DNA of 64,000 nucleotides from Patescibacteria group bacterium (GCA_052034495.1 JBPOIL010000003.1:18345-82344); one strand, 5' to 3'. Positions 1 to 10,058 are shown, numbered from the stretch's first letter. The notes: generated by a model not told the origin, from the letters alone. Made by a program: numbers and translations.

Positions 1-2595
1 CTGTCCTCCACCCTGCTTCACCTGGGTGCTGTAGGACTTTGGCTCGACACCCTCGATGTTCGGTTTTTGTTGGTTAAAGGTTGGAATATGGGGTTCTGCC
101 TTGGAGTCCGTTGGTTCGTTCGGTTTTTCTTCACCACCACCCATGCCCCACCATTCAGCTACAATACGCTCTACTTCTGCTCGCGGAGAGCTGTAATGTT
201 CATGACTACGGGCAACGATTTCTTTGGTATGGTCATGGGCTGGTTTCGGCATCATGAGGGTTTTGGCCGAGAATGGCATGGAAGTCTCTCCATCAATGCT
301 CATAGTGACGTATATCTGCTGCAAACCAAGGTTCACGAGGTCTAGTGGCTCAAATGCTGGCTCGAAGTACTTGGCCAAGTAGCCTGCATCTTCACTCCCT
401 ACGCGGAAGCTTACCATGGAGCCAACGTTACCGAATACAGCGTCTTTGACCTCATCGGGCATCTGGGCGATATACTGGTTTGCTACGGTTAGATATAAGC
501 CGTACTTACGTGCTTCAGACAGAATGACTGCGAAAGATTCGGTGGCGAAGTTCTGGAATTCGTCTACGTAAAGGTAGAATGGACGTCGATCATCGATGTT
601 TTCAATGTTAGCCCGGCTCATGGCGGCTAGCTGGATTTTGGTAATTAATAGTGCACCTAGGATGCTGGCGTTATCTTCGCCAAGTCGCCCACGCGATAGA
701 TCTACAATCAGGATCTTGCCTTCGTCCATCATCTGGCGGATGTCAAAGCTTGACCGGGTTTGGCCAAGGACGTTACGAATGAGCGGGTTCGCAGTAAAGG
801 CACCAACCTTGTTTAGAACCGGAGCGACTGCTTCGGAGGCGAACTTGTCGTTCCATGCTGCAAATTCGTTCACCCAGAAGGCTCTAACTACCGGGTCTGA
901 CACATTGCTAATGACATATTTACGATATACTTTGTCGGTCAACATACGGGTAATACCTAGCATAGTAGCATCTGGGGTCTCTAAGAGTGCCAAAAGCGTA
1001 AAGCGCAAGATGTGCTCTAAGCGAGGGCCCCATGAGTCGGCGAACATCTTCTTAAGTACGCCCACGATTTCAGAAGCAATGGACGCCCGCATGTTCGGGT
1101 CACTGTTCTCCATCGGGTTGAAGGCAATGGGATGTTCCAGGTCAGCTGGGTTAAAGTACACAACCTGATCCATGCGTTGTTTTGGAACGTGCCTAAGCAT
1201 GTCTTGGGCAAAGTCGCCGTGTGGATCGACTATTGCAAAGCCTTGATTCTGATATATGTCGGATAGTACTAAAAGCTCAAGTAAAAATGACTTACCAGAT
1301 CCACTTTTACCAATAACGTAGAAGTGTCGCTTGCGGTCGGTTCGTTTGATACCGAACTTAATATCGCCCTGACGGAATGTGGTGGTGCCGATGAGGCTCA
1401 GCTCGTTTGATGGAGTGTTGTGGAGGGTTGGTAAATTAGTTGGTGGCTCGCCTACTTTTGTTGATGTCCAAGCAATGTTTGGCGTTTCTACAGAAATATG
1501 TGGTAAGTGGTATAAACTGGCAAGCTCTTCGATGTTTAGGATAAAGCCCGATTCGTGGAAATAGCGCGATTGGTATTCTGCAAAGGCGTCTGGCCCAGTC
1601 TTAATAGGCGCGCTCGAAAAGCCGTTTAGGTTTACCGTATTGAACTGTTTAAATCCGCCCACAAGCGCTTGTACCCGCTGCTTGGCAGCTGCTGTGTTGC
1701 CACCCAGGTAGGCGATGCGGATCTTCACCTCGTAGCCGAGTTTCTGCGCCTTTGTTTCTACTGCGGCATTAATCGTGCTTTGGCCGGTACTCAGTTCCTT
1801 CTTGCCATCTTTTTTCTCCTCTTTTTTAGGAGGTTCGTGCGGGCCTATAAATGCGGCATGAAAGAACGCCCCTATCCACTGGGCTGGGATCATGATGATT
1901 TTTTGCTGCCATCCGTCCATTAACTTGGCTGGCTTACCCTTGGTGATCTCGTCAATGTACTGGATAGAGCGTTTATGCCAACTATCATCAACCGGTCGAA
2001 TTAAGAATTGCAGCCATAGCTCCTCTTGCTGACTGAGCTTGGTTAGAGCAGTCGTGATGCCTGCCAGCGGGTCAACTTCGAAGCTCGGGAAGGTTTTGAT
2101 TGGGAATACGTCGCTTTTGTCCAAGACAACTTCAGCCGTATGGACTTCCCTGCCCTGCAGATCCTTTTGTGCATAGTCATGTGTAATGTCTTGAATCTGT
2201 ACGGTCGGATACTGGGCGTAAACTTGGCTCTCAACGTAATCCTTGAGGTGGCTTGGTACCCAAATATAAAAGTTAATAACGTTTTCTTCGGAAGCAATTT
2301 CGAAGCTAATATGCTCTTGGATTACTTCACCTGAGTCGGTCTCTACAGACGGCCGCAATATCCCATGCAAGCTGGCGAATAGCTGCTCGGCTGAGAGTTC
2401 CTTTTTTTCATTATTCTTCGGAACAATGATCTGTAGAATCGCGTGTTCGGTCTGCTCAACCACCGAGATTATCTTCTTGGTCTTAAGTATCTTCCAGCCT
2501 AAATAAGCGGCAATCAGAACCCAGCCCCAGTACTGGAACAAAACAATGCCGATAAATGAAAAGATAGCACCCAGGGTCGTTGCAAAGATGTCCAT
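1..2595 (-). CDS. VirD4/TraG/HerA-like P-loop ATPase with N-terminal TM segment; runs off the left window edge
   Basis: Not in ORF track (no stop in window). Manual translation from ATG 2595: MDIFATTLGAIFSFIG..., Walker A HFYVIGKSGSGKS, VDPHGD, Walker B YLYVDEFQNF, SEARKYGL, ANQYIAQ. Confidence 0.85.
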   Translation of the reverse strand, partial: MDIFATTLGAIFSFIGIVLFQYWGWVLIAAYLGWKILKTKKIISVVEQTEHAILQIIVPKNNEKKELSAEQLFASLHGILRPSVETDSGEVIQEHISFEIASEENVINFYIWVPSHLKDYVESQVYAQYPTVQIQDITHDYAQKDLQGREVHTAEVVLDKSDVFPIKTFPSFEVDPLAGITTALTKLSQQEELWLQFLIRPVDDSWHKRSIQYIDEITKGKPAKLMDGWQQKIIMIPAQWIGAFFHAAFIGPHEPPKKEEKKDGKKELSTGQSTINAAVETKAQKLGYEVKIRIAYLGGNTAAAKQRVQALVGGFKQFNTVNLNGFSSAPIKTGPDAFAEYQSRYFHESGFILNIEELASLYHLPHISVETPNIAWTSTKVGEPPTNLPTLHNTPSNELSLIGTTTFRQGDIKFGIKRTDRKRHFYVIGKSGSGKSFLLELLVLSDIYQNQGFAIVDPHGDFAQDMLRHVPKQRMDQVVYFNPADLEHPIAFNPMENSDPNMRASIASEIVGVLKKMFADSWGPRLEHILRFTLLALLETPDATMLGITRMLTDKVYRKYVISNVSDPVVRAFWVNEFAAWNDKFASEAVAPVLNKVGAFTANPLIRNVLGQTRSSFDIRQMMDEGKILIVDLSRGRLGEDNASILGALLITKIQLAAMSRANIENIDDRRPFYLYVDEFQNFATESFAVILSEARKYGLYLTVANQYIAQMPDEVKDAVFGNVGSMVSFRVGSEDAGYLAKYFEPAFEPLDLVNLGLQQIYVTMSIDGETSMPFSAKTLMMPKPAHDHTKEIVARSHEHYSSPRAEVERIVAEWWGMGGGEEKPNEPTDSKAEPHIPTFNQQKPNIEGVEPKSYSTQVKQGGGQ

Positions 2596-2604
2596 AGACA
2601 GATG

Positions 2605-3633
2605 TTAGGCCTTTTTAAGCTGGTAGGTTGCCTTGGCAACTCGTTCGAACTGCGGTTTTTCCTGCAGATTGAGAGCGATAGTCGTAACTTTGACTTGTCG
2701 ACGCGCGAGAACGCGGCGTACGATTTCGTCTTTTGTTAGAGGCGACTCTTCTTTAAGAATCCCTTCTATGATATCAGCTACCGTACCTGCTTGGTAGCCC
2801 CATTCCGCTAATGCATAAATGCCGCGGCCGATCAGTACAAAGCGTTTATCTTTGATGAGTTCGTTGTGTACAGCTTGGGTAGTTACCTTCTTAGGATTCG
2901 CCTGAACTTGATCTAGTTTCGCAGCGATGTCAGAAAAGTGCATTGGTCGACCGTTCTTTTTGAGTACCAAATAGACTTTATCACGGATACTCTTTGGATT
3001 GACTTCTGGCCAGTGGCTTAAGCCCCAGTTTTCTTCTAGCTCTGCCATCTTGGCAGATGCATGGGCAATTTCCATAAGTGAGTCGGCCTTATGCGGGCCA
3101 TCAATCTTGCCTGCAATACGCTCGAATCTACCTGGCTTACCAAGTTCTTTGGTTGTGCTAAGGATGAGTTGATGTAGCTCTTTTACATCCTCCTCGCTAT
3201 ACACTTCGGCATTCACGACAAGACTATCGAGCAAGTCGTTCTTATCGAGGTAGTAGAACTTCGGGTTGGTACGGATAATAAAACTAAGTTCGGCAGCTAG
3301 TTCCTGGTCAGTTAGGCGACCGACTACTTGTTCAAAGCGAATTACGCCACCCTTTTTGTCGATTATAGCAATAAGTGTGTTCGAGAAATCAGTATTAATC
3401 TCGTTTTCTTGGCGAATACGGGCAAGGGCTGCCTTTTCAATCTGTCGGACGCGCTCACGAGTAATACCAAGCTGCTGGCCAATTTGTTCGAGCGTCTGCG
3501 GTTTATTGCCAAGCACACCGTGGCGCTTCGTCAGAACTTCGCGATCACGATCCTTGCGCAGGACTTCGAGCGAGGCTTCGATCATAGTCCTGAGGTCTTC
3601 TAGGTTGTATTGAATGTTGTTAGTTTTATCCAT
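2605..3633 (-). CDS. Sigma70 region-4 HTH plus HARE-HTH/RNAP-delta-like domain protein
   Basis: TLEQIGQQLGITRERVRQIEKAAL; HNELIKDKRFVLIGRGIYALAEWGY. Confidence 0.75.
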   Translation of the reverse strand: MDKTNNIQYNLEDLRTMIEASLEVLRKDRDREVLTKRHGVLGNKPQTLEQIGQQLGITRERVRQIEKAALARIRQENEINTDFSNTLIAIIDKKGGVIRFEQVVGRLTDQELAAELSFIIRTNPKFYYLDKNDLLDSLVVNAEVYSEEDVKELHQLILSTTKELGKPGRFERIAGKIDGPHKADSLMEIAHASAKMAELEENWGLSHWPEVNPKSIRDKVYLVLKKNGRPMHFSDIAAKLDQVQANPKKVTTQAVHNELIKDKRFVLIGRGIYALAEWGYQAGTVADIIEGILKEESPLTKDEIVRRVLARRQVKVTTIALNLQEKPQFERVAKATYQLKKA

Positions 3634-3710
3634 AAAAATAAAATCACCCTCACCGTTATAGTTAGGTATGGGCTGCTCAATAAGGAGTCAAGCCTCATAC
3701 GACATAAGCA

Positions 3711-3739
3711 ATTATACTATATGAGCCCTATTAAGTCAA
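3711..3739 (-). promoter_or_regulatory. sigma70 promoter for 2605..3633
   Basis: TTGACT-N17-TATAAT on minus strand. Confidence 0.7.
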
Positions 3740-3783
3740 CACAAAACATTGTCTAATATTTTGGAGGCAACTGACGCTAACAG

Positions 3784-6087
3784 CTACTTTTTACGGCGCG
3801 GGCGGGCTTTTTTATTGGGGGCTTCGGCAATAATCTGTTTGGCTTGCTCGAGGGTAATGTTTGCTGGGTCTGTATTCTTGGGCGGCTTAGCATTCTTTTT
3901 ACCATCCGTTACATATACCCCGTAGCGACCGTTGATGATGTCGATGCCTTCTTTCTCAAAACGCTGAATATACTTTGCTGCTTCAGCCTTTTGCTTTTCG
4001 ACAATAAGTTCGCGGGCGCGATCTAGGGTTATGTCGAATGGACTCTCGGGCTTAATTGAAACGAAGAGTTTGCCAATCTTTACATACGGACCGAACGGTC
4101 CGATGTTCGCGAGGATTTCTTGGCCATCGCTCGTTTGGCCGACCGTGCGGGGTAGCTTAAACATTTCGAGGGCTTCATCCAACGTAACTTCCTCGAGCCT
4201 CTTGCCTTCAGGCATTGGTGCAAAGGTAGGCTTATTCTCCTTGTCTTCAGTACTGCCCATCTGTAGCATCGGCCCGTATTTACCGAACCGAGCCAGGATT
4301 GGTTTGCCGTTTTTAGGGTGTACACCTATCTCTCGCGCTTGCGCCACGGCAGAACGGTCAATTCCCCCAGATGCCGCAATCAGAGCGTGAAACGGCTTAT
4401 AGAAGTGCGTGAGCATATCATTGCGGGCCAGTTTGCCTTCAGCGATGTCGTCAAATTCCTTCTCGACGTCAGCAGTAAAGCCATAATCAACGACTTTCTC
4501 GAAGTAATCAGTCAGGAAGTCACTAATCAGTTCTCCACTTGGCGTCGGCACGAGTTTGCCCTTGTCGGAGCCGGTCTTTTCTTCAATAACTTCCCGCTCC
4601 AACTTTTTATCTGCCAAATTGAGCACAATCACTTCGCGCGGCGTTCCTTCGCCCTCGCCTTTTATGGCATAACCACGGGCCTGGACGGTGGAAATTATCG
4701 TGGCATAGGTGGATGGTCGGCCAATCCCAAGCTCTTCGAGCTTCTTGACTAAGCTACCTTCGCTGTATCTGGCAGGTGGTCGGGCAAATATTTGCTTGGC
4801 TTGGGCGCTTTGCATCTCGAGCACCTGGTCAGCTTCGAGCGGAGGCAGGATGTCAGGGTCTTTCTTGCTGCCGCCATATACCTTCATAAACCCATCGAAT
4901 ATCACAACTTCACCCTTTGCCTCGAAGCTCTCTTTGCTGCTCGATATAGTAATCACAGCCGTAGTGCGTTCGAGTTCTGCCGGCGCCATCTGACTCGCAA
5001 GTGTACGTCGGCGAATCAAATCGTAGAGCTTTTGGTCGTAAGCGTTTGCACTCGCCTTCTCCGCCCGTACATCTGTGGGACGGATCGCCTCGTGAGCTTC
5101 TTGGGCGCTCGCCGACTTGGTTTTAAACGTGCGCAAATTATGATACTTGTCGCCAAACTCACTCTTTATATAGTTAGTAATTTGGCCAAGTGCTTGCTTG
5201 CTTAGGTTTACCGAATCAGTACGCATGTAGGTAATCTTACCTTCCTGGTAGAGCTTTTGGGCAGCCGACATGGTCGCTTTGGCGCTAAAGCCCAGTCTGC
5301 TATTGGCATCCTGCTGCAAGGTACTGGTAGTGTAGGGCGCTCCAGGGTTGCGTTTGCTCGGGCTGGTCGTAACTTTCGACACGCTAAAGTTGGCATCGAG
5401 CAGGCTCTTTAGGAACGCTTCGGCTTCTGCTTCGCTGGCGAAGCGTTTAGGTAGCTCGGCTTTAAATGCTTGACCGTCATGAATGAATTCAGCAGTAATT
5501 TTAAACTCCGATGAACCTTCGAAGGCTCGGATTTCGCGTTCACGCTCTACAAGTAAACGTACTGCCGGGGACTGCACGCGCCCAGCCGATTTTCCTCCTG
5601 GTACCTTTTGCCACACTACTGGTGAGAGCTCAAAGCCTACTATGCGATCCAGAATCTGCCTGGCCTGCTGGGCTTCTACTAGGCTCATATCGACCGTGCG
5701 AGGCTCTTTTACTGCTTCACTAATGGCGTCTTGGGTGATTTCGTGGAATACAATGCGCTTTGTGTTTTTGGGGTCAAGCCCAAGTACCTCGCACAAATGC
5801 CAGGCAATAGCCTCTCCTTCGCGGTCTTCATCGGTAGCCAGCCAGACGGTATCGGTTGCTTTCACTGCTCGCTTTAGCTCGGTGATCACCTTTTTCTTCT
5901 CAGGATCGACCTCGTAGACTGTCTTAAAACCATTGTCTACATCAATCGTTTTGCTGCCATCCTTAGTCTTTTTGGCAATTGAGCGAATATGGCCAATACT
6001 CGATAATACCTGGAAATCTTTGCCCAGGTACTTTTCTATGGTCTTTGCCTTTGCGGGGCTCTCTACGATAACGAGGTTTTTGCTCAT
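3784..6087 (-). CDS. topA: DNA topoisomerase I (type IA) with C-terminal Toprim_C repeats
   Basis: LVIVESPAKAKTI, ATDEDREGEAI, SAGRVQS, ITYMRTDS, AHEAIRPT, GIGRPSTYA. Confidence 0.97.
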   Translation of the reverse strand: MSKNLVIVESPAKAKTIEKYLGKDFQVLSSIGHIRSIAKKTKDGSKTIDVDNGFKTVYEVDPEKKKVITELKRAVKATDTVWLATDEDREGEAIAWHLCEVLGLDPKNTKRIVFHEITQDAISEAVKEPRTVDMSLVEAQQARQILDRIVGFELSPVVWQKVPGGKSAGRVQSPAVRLLVEREREIRAFEGSSEFKITAEFIHDGQAFKAELPKRFASEAEAEAFLKSLLDANFSVSKVTTSPSKRNPGAPYTTSTLQQDANSRLGFSAKATMSAAQKLYQEGKITYMRTDSVNLSKQALGQITNYIKSEFGDKYHNLRTFKTKSASAQEAHEAIRPTDVRAEKASANAYDQKLYDLIRRRTLASQMAPAELERTTAVITISSSKESFEAKGEVVIFDGFMKVYGGSKKDPDILPPLEADQVLEMQSAQAKQIFARPPARYSEGSLVKKLEELGIGRPSTYATIISTVQARGYAIKGEGEGTPREVIVLNLADKKLEREVIEEKTGSDKGKLVPTPSGELISDFLTDYFEKVVDYGFTADVEKEFDDIAEGKLARNDMLTHFYKPFHALIAASGGIDRSAVAQAREIGVHPKNGKPILARFGKYGPMLQMGSTEDKENKPTFAPMPEGKRLEEVTLDEALEMFKLPRTVGQTSDGQEILANIGPFGPYVKIGKLFVSIKPESPFDITLDRARELIVEKQKAEAAKYIQRFEKEGIDIINGRYGVYVTDGKKNAKPPKNTDPANITLEQAKQIIAEAPNKKARPRRKK

Positions 6088-6227
6088 GTCTTTGTAATGC
6101 TAATGCTTATAGGTTTGCTTTGCAAGTTAATATAGTTTGCCGACTTGAATGTTGGCTTAAAGTCACAATCAGAGACTATACAGAGTAGGCTTGGCATTGT
6201 CAAAGAGACATATAGTGTCCAAATGTA

Positions 6228-6256
6228 TTGACATTATCTATCAATTATTGTATCAT
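6228..6256 (+). promoter_or_regulatory. sigma70 promoter of alpha-CTD cassette
   Basis: TTGACA-N17-TATCAT; SD AAGGAG at 6289-6294. Confidence 0.75.
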
Positions 6257-6299
6257 TCTGCTCAGTCCATGACCTATTGTCTATCTCGAAGGAGAAGCC

Positions 6300-6845
6300 A
6301 TGGAAGACCGAGATACCAGAATTGCGCGTCAAGCGCACGAAGCTGCCATCCGTTTGGCAGCAGAAGCATTCGTTGCCCTGGCAGCCGGCAAGGTTCCGCC
6401 AAGCTTGGAGTTCTCGGCGGACATCTTGTTCGTCGCCGACCTGGGGCTGAGCGACAAGCCCAGCCGCTTGTTGGCCGAGCAGGGCATCGAACTCGTCGGC
6501 GACCTGGTTCGCCACAGCGAGGACGACCTCCTCGTCATCATCGGCTTTGGGGAGAAGTCGCTCGATGAGGTGAGGGCCAGGCTCGCCGAGCACGAGCTCA
6601 CCCTGAAGGGCTCTGAGCTGCCTGCTCCGACTCCGGTGCAGAACCTGCGCTTCAGTGCTGTTGTGCTTCGGCGCTTCGCCAGGGGAACGTTCAGGCTCGA
6701 CGGTACGTACGTCCCCATCGAGACGGTCGAACAGCTCGTTCGGCTGTGCGCCGATGACCTCCTCACGATCCCCGGTTTCGGCCAGGCCTACCTCAGGCAG
6801 GTCGAACAGGTACTTGCCCGCCACGGCAAGTCCCTGCGCCAGTAG
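6300..6845 (+). CDS. Protein of two tandem RNA polymerase alpha C-terminal domains (GC-rich cassette)
   Basis: VADLGLSDKPSRLLAEQGIELVGDLVRHSEDDLLVIIGFGEKSLDEVRARL and IETVEQLVRLCADDLLTIPGFGQAYLRQVEQVL both match the alpha-CTD helix-hairpin-helix pattern. Confidence 0.8.
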   Translation: MEDRDTRIARQAHEAAIRLAAEAFVALAAGKVPPSLEFSADILFVADLGLSDKPSRLLAEQGIELVGDLVRHSEDDLLVIIGFGEKSLDEVRARLAEHELTLKGSELPAPTPVQNLRFSAVVLRRFARGTFRLDGTYVPIETVEQLVRLCADDLLTIPGFGQAYLRQVEQVLARHGKSLRQ

Positions 6846-6874
6846 GTGGCACCTTCGCTTCAGGCGGACGATTC

Positions 6875-6904
6875 GATCGCTCCTCCTGGGGCGATCTTTC
6901 GTTT
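6875..6904 (+). terminator. Intrinsic terminator
   Basis: GATCGCTCC-TCCT-GGGGCGATC then TTTCGTTT. Confidence 0.7.
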
Positions 6905-7763
6905 AAGAGGTCAAAACCCACTGGCCAGCGCCGATGTTCCGAACCTTGCCAGTTATTTCCATTAGGCTCAGCATGCCGGCGATCTTTTCGGCAGGAATGT
7001 CACTCTTTTCTATTAGGTCGTGCGTAGTATGGCTACCCGCATCTATGAGCTCCATGAGTCGCGCCTCTTCTGCAGAATCTGCCCTTCGCTTCTTTGGCTT
7101 TACTAACGTGCTTTGTAGGCCGAGTTCGGACAGTATATCTACTGCGTCTAGTACTGGCTTGGCGCCACATTTGAGTAAGTTATTTGGCCCCGCTGAGCGC
7201 GGGCTCGTGACGTTGCCAGGTACAGCCATGACCATGCGGTTCTCCTGCAGGGCGAAGTTGGCTGTAATAAGCGATCCGCTACTGGCGTTGGCTTCTGTAA
7301 TGACGGTAGCAAGGCTGAGTCCGGCAATTATCCTGTTGCGAGCCGGAAAGTTTTGCTTAAACGGTGTGGTGCCTTCGGGGTATTCACTTATAACGCCGCC
7401 GCCAGAAGCCACTATCGCTTTGAATAAGTGGAAGTTTGACCTGGGCGAAGGTGCGTCTAGGCCGCTCGCTAGAACCGCCACAGTCGCACCGCAAGCATCA
7501 AGCGCAGCCTGATGAGCAATTGCGTCTACCCCGAGTGCCATACCGCTTACTATGCATATACCTGCACGGGCTAGATCGTAGGCCAGCCGGTACGTTATTT
7601 GCTTGCCGTAGTCTGTAATTGCCCTACTCCCCACTATAGCTACCATTGGCAGATCAGGTACGTTGCCGACTACATATAGCTCCTTGGGCGGAGCCGCAAT
7701 ATCGCGCAAAAGAGCAGGATATTTGTTGCTATTGTATCGTATATATTGCATAGGATTATCCAT
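6903..7763 (-). CDS. dprA: DNA-processing protein DprA
   Basis: VAIVGSR, IVSGMALGVDAIAH, FPARNRIIAGLS, SGSLITA, C-terminal wHTH. Confidence 0.95.
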   Translation of the reverse strand: MDNPMQYIRYNSNKYPALLRDIAAPPKELYVVGNVPDLPMVAIVGSRAITDYGKQITYRLAYDLARAGICIVSGMALGVDAIAHQAALDACGATVAVLASGLDAPSPRSNFHLFKAIVASGGGVISEYPEGTTPFKQNFPARNRIIAGLSLATVITEANASSGSLITANFALQENRMVMAVPGNVTSPRSAGPNNLLKCGAKPVLDAVDILSELGLQSTLVKPKKRRADSAEEARLMELIDAGSHTTHDLIEKSDIPAEKIAGMLSLMEITGKVRNIGAGQWVLTS

Positions 7764-7847
7764 GATCTAACCTGTTAAGCATAAATAGTATAAAACTATC
7801 CCTGTAAAAAGTGTTGACAAAAGCACTAAGGTATGTTAGTATACGTA

Positions 7848-8100
7848 GGCTCTTATAAAGCCATGTAAAAACGGCTCAAACGAGAGTGCACCTCACACAA
7901 AACTCACCTCATTATTGAAGTGAGTAATCTGCTCTCGAGGCTAAACCTAAAACTCACCCTCCTTTAGGTTCTCGGAGCAGATTACTCCCTTTAATTGCCA
8001 CGGTCTACTTATTACTATAGCGACTGCAAAATCCCAAACTTCGGGGGCATTAGAGGGTGTTAAAACGGACTCGACTCCTTTATTGAAGCGAGTCTTTTTT
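7848..8100 (+). ncRNA. Candidate sRNA with long hairpin and anti-SD-like loop
   Basis: TTGACA(7814)-N17-TAGTAT promoter; stem 7914-7995; terminator GACTCG..CGAGTC+T6 at 8068-8100; no ORF in track. Confidence 0.6.
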
Positions 8101-8150
8101 AATTCTAAAGTGTTCGCTTTTTGATTGCTAGTCTAGAAGGCAATTTTTGG

Positions 8151-8717
8151 TTAATCTTCCAAAACTGAGCGCGAAAGATGTTCAGCTCCATCAGTAATAA
8201 TCTCTGTAAGGATGTCGGTTGCTTCGGTGGCGATGGCTGGCAAATGTTTCTGCTCATAGGCACTGAACTTTTGCAGGACATAATCGCGCGCATCAGTCTG
8301 CCCTCGCTCGCTCCCCGCTATGCCGACTCGCAGGCGAACAAAGTCTTTCCCGACCGTCTCAATGATTGAACCGAGGCCGTTTTGCCCACCGCTACTACCC
8401 CCTATCCGCACACGCACCTTACCAAAGGTCAAATCCAGGTCATCCGAAACAACTACAACCTCCTCAAGTGGCACTTTGTAATACTGCATTAAGGCCATAA
8501 CTGCCTTGCCGCTCCGATTCATATAGGTATCTGGTTTAGCCAATATGACCTTATCTGCGCCAATGAGTGCCGTTGTGGTGTGAGCGAAGAACTTTGTTTG
8601 GTGCTGCCAGTTGGCATCGTGCCGATTGGCTAGCTCGTCAACTACCACGAAGCCGGCGTTGTGCCGTGTTTTTTCATATTCACTACCTACGTTGCCGAGC
8701 CCAACTACGAGCTTCAT
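8151..8717 (-). CDS. pth: Peptidyl-tRNA hydrolase
   Basis: LVVGLGN, TRHNAGF, KPDTYMNRSG, DDLDL, GGQNGL. Confidence 0.95.
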   Translation of the reverse strand: MKLVVGLGNVGSEYEKTRHNAGFVVVDELANRHDANWQHQTKFFAHTTTALIGADKVILAKPDTYMNRSGKAVMALMQYYKVPLEEVVVVSDDLDLTFGKVRVRIGGSSGGQNGLGSIIETVGKDFVRLRVGIAGSERGQTDARDYVLQKFSAYEQKHLPAIATEATDILTEIITDGAEHLSRSVLED

Positions 8718-10054
8718 CGCTCCTCCTTGCGCTTGTGTTTGAACACGATCTTGATTGGCGTGCCATCAAACTCTCCTGCTTCACGCAAGACGTTTTCCAG
8801 GTAGCGCGGGTAGGAAAACTGGATCATATCGGGGTGTGTTGCAAAGATCGTAAACTCAGGTGGTTTTGTGCCTGTTTGGGTAATATAATTGAGCTTAGGG
8901 TGGGTGTTTTTAAGTCCTACCGGTGGCTGTTTTGCAGTGGCTTGACTAAGGAGTTTGTTGAGCTTGGGTGTCGAGATCTGTGTGCTTGAGCTGGCATCAA
9001 TTTTTACAATAAGTTCGTAGAGCTTATCCAGGTTGAGGCCCGTTTCGGCAGAGGTAAATATGAGTGGCGCCCACCATACAAACTGGTACTGCGCACTAAT
9101 GTAGTTAGCCATGCGCTGCATGGTATTGTCTTCTTTGTCCTCGACTGCGTCCCATTTACTGACGACAAGTACAAGCCCTTTACCGGCTTCTTTTACCAGA
9201 CCGGCAATGTTTTGGTCTTGCGACACGCTGTTCTCATTGGCATCAATCAGAACCAGACAAACGTCCGCCCAAGCAATGGCCTTTTTGGTTCGTAAACTCG
9301 AAAAGAATTCGATGCCACGACCAATCTTACCGGCTCTACGTAAGCCTGCCGTATCGGCGAATACCAGCTCTTTGTCACCATGCGCTATGCTGCCGTAGTT
9401 AATGTCTCGCGTGGTGCCGCTAATGTCAGAAACCAGGGCCTTCGGCGTGCCAATGACTTTGTTGAGTAAACTTGATTTGCCTACGTTTGGTCGACCCAAG
9501 ATCGCTACCTTAATGGTATTCTCGTCCTGAGAAATGGTGCTTACATCGGCGGTCTCGAGTTTGCCCGTAATTGCATCGAGCAAGTCTCCGCTACCCTGCC
9601 CGCTGATTGCCGCGAGCGGCATAATGTCATTAATACCCAGGCGCTCGTAGTGATCAGCCAGGCCGCCGCGGTGCGTTTGGTCTACCTTGTTTACAGCCAG
9701 AATAGCTGGCTTCTGGCTCTTAAGGATCTCCTGGGCGACCTTCCGGTCATGCGCGTCAATTGGAACGGTGCCGTCTACGAGCATGACTACCACATCTGCT
9801 AATGCGATTGCTTCATCGATTTTGTCCTGCGCTCTACGTACGAGCTCGTCATCGCTCTTGGCGAGTCCGGCGCTATCAAGCAAGCGGAAGTGCCTGCCCT
9901 GCCACTCTACGTCGCCCTCTACGAGGTCGCGGGTAGTGCCGGCCAGGTCTGCTACGATAGCCTGATTGGTGTTTGTTAGTCGGTTGAACAACGTTGATTT
10001 ACCAACGTTTGGCTGGCCGATGATGAGTACGGTTGGTTGTTTGTCTTGTGTCAT
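8714..10054 (-). CDS. der: Ribosome biogenesis GTPase Der/EngA
   Basis: Two G domains GQPNVGKS and GRPNVGKS, GTTRD twice, KH-like C-terminus. Confidence 0.96.
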   Translation of the reverse strand: MTQDKQPTVLIIGQPNVGKSTLFNRLTNTNQAIVADLAGTTRDLVEGDVEWQGRHFRLLDSAGLAKSDDELVRRAQDKIDEAIALADVVVMLVDGTVPIDAHDRKVAQEILKSQKPAILAVNKVDQTHRGGLADHYERLGINDIMPLAAISGQGSGDLLDAITGKLETADVSTISQDENTIKVAILGRPNVGKSSLLNKVIGTPKALVSDISGTTRDINYGSIAHGDKELVFADTAGLRRAGKIGRGIEFFSSLRTKKAIAWADVCLVLIDANENSVSQDQNIAGLVKEAGKGLVLVVSKWDAVEDKEDNTMQRMANYISAQYQFVWWAPLIFTSAETGLNLDKLYELIVKIDASSSTQISTPKLNKLLSQATAKQPPVGLKNTHPKLNYITQTGTKPPEFTIFATHPDMIQFSYPRYLENVLREAGEFDGTPIKIVFKHKRKEER

Positions 10055-10058
10055 GTGG

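Noticed and set aside
67-2334. Short ORFs listed in 1-2600
   Set aside because: They overlap the uninterrupted minus-strand ATPase frame that runs off the window
6200-6220. NrdR box upstream of topA (ACACTATATGT on minus)
   Set aside because: Only one half matches; no second convincing box
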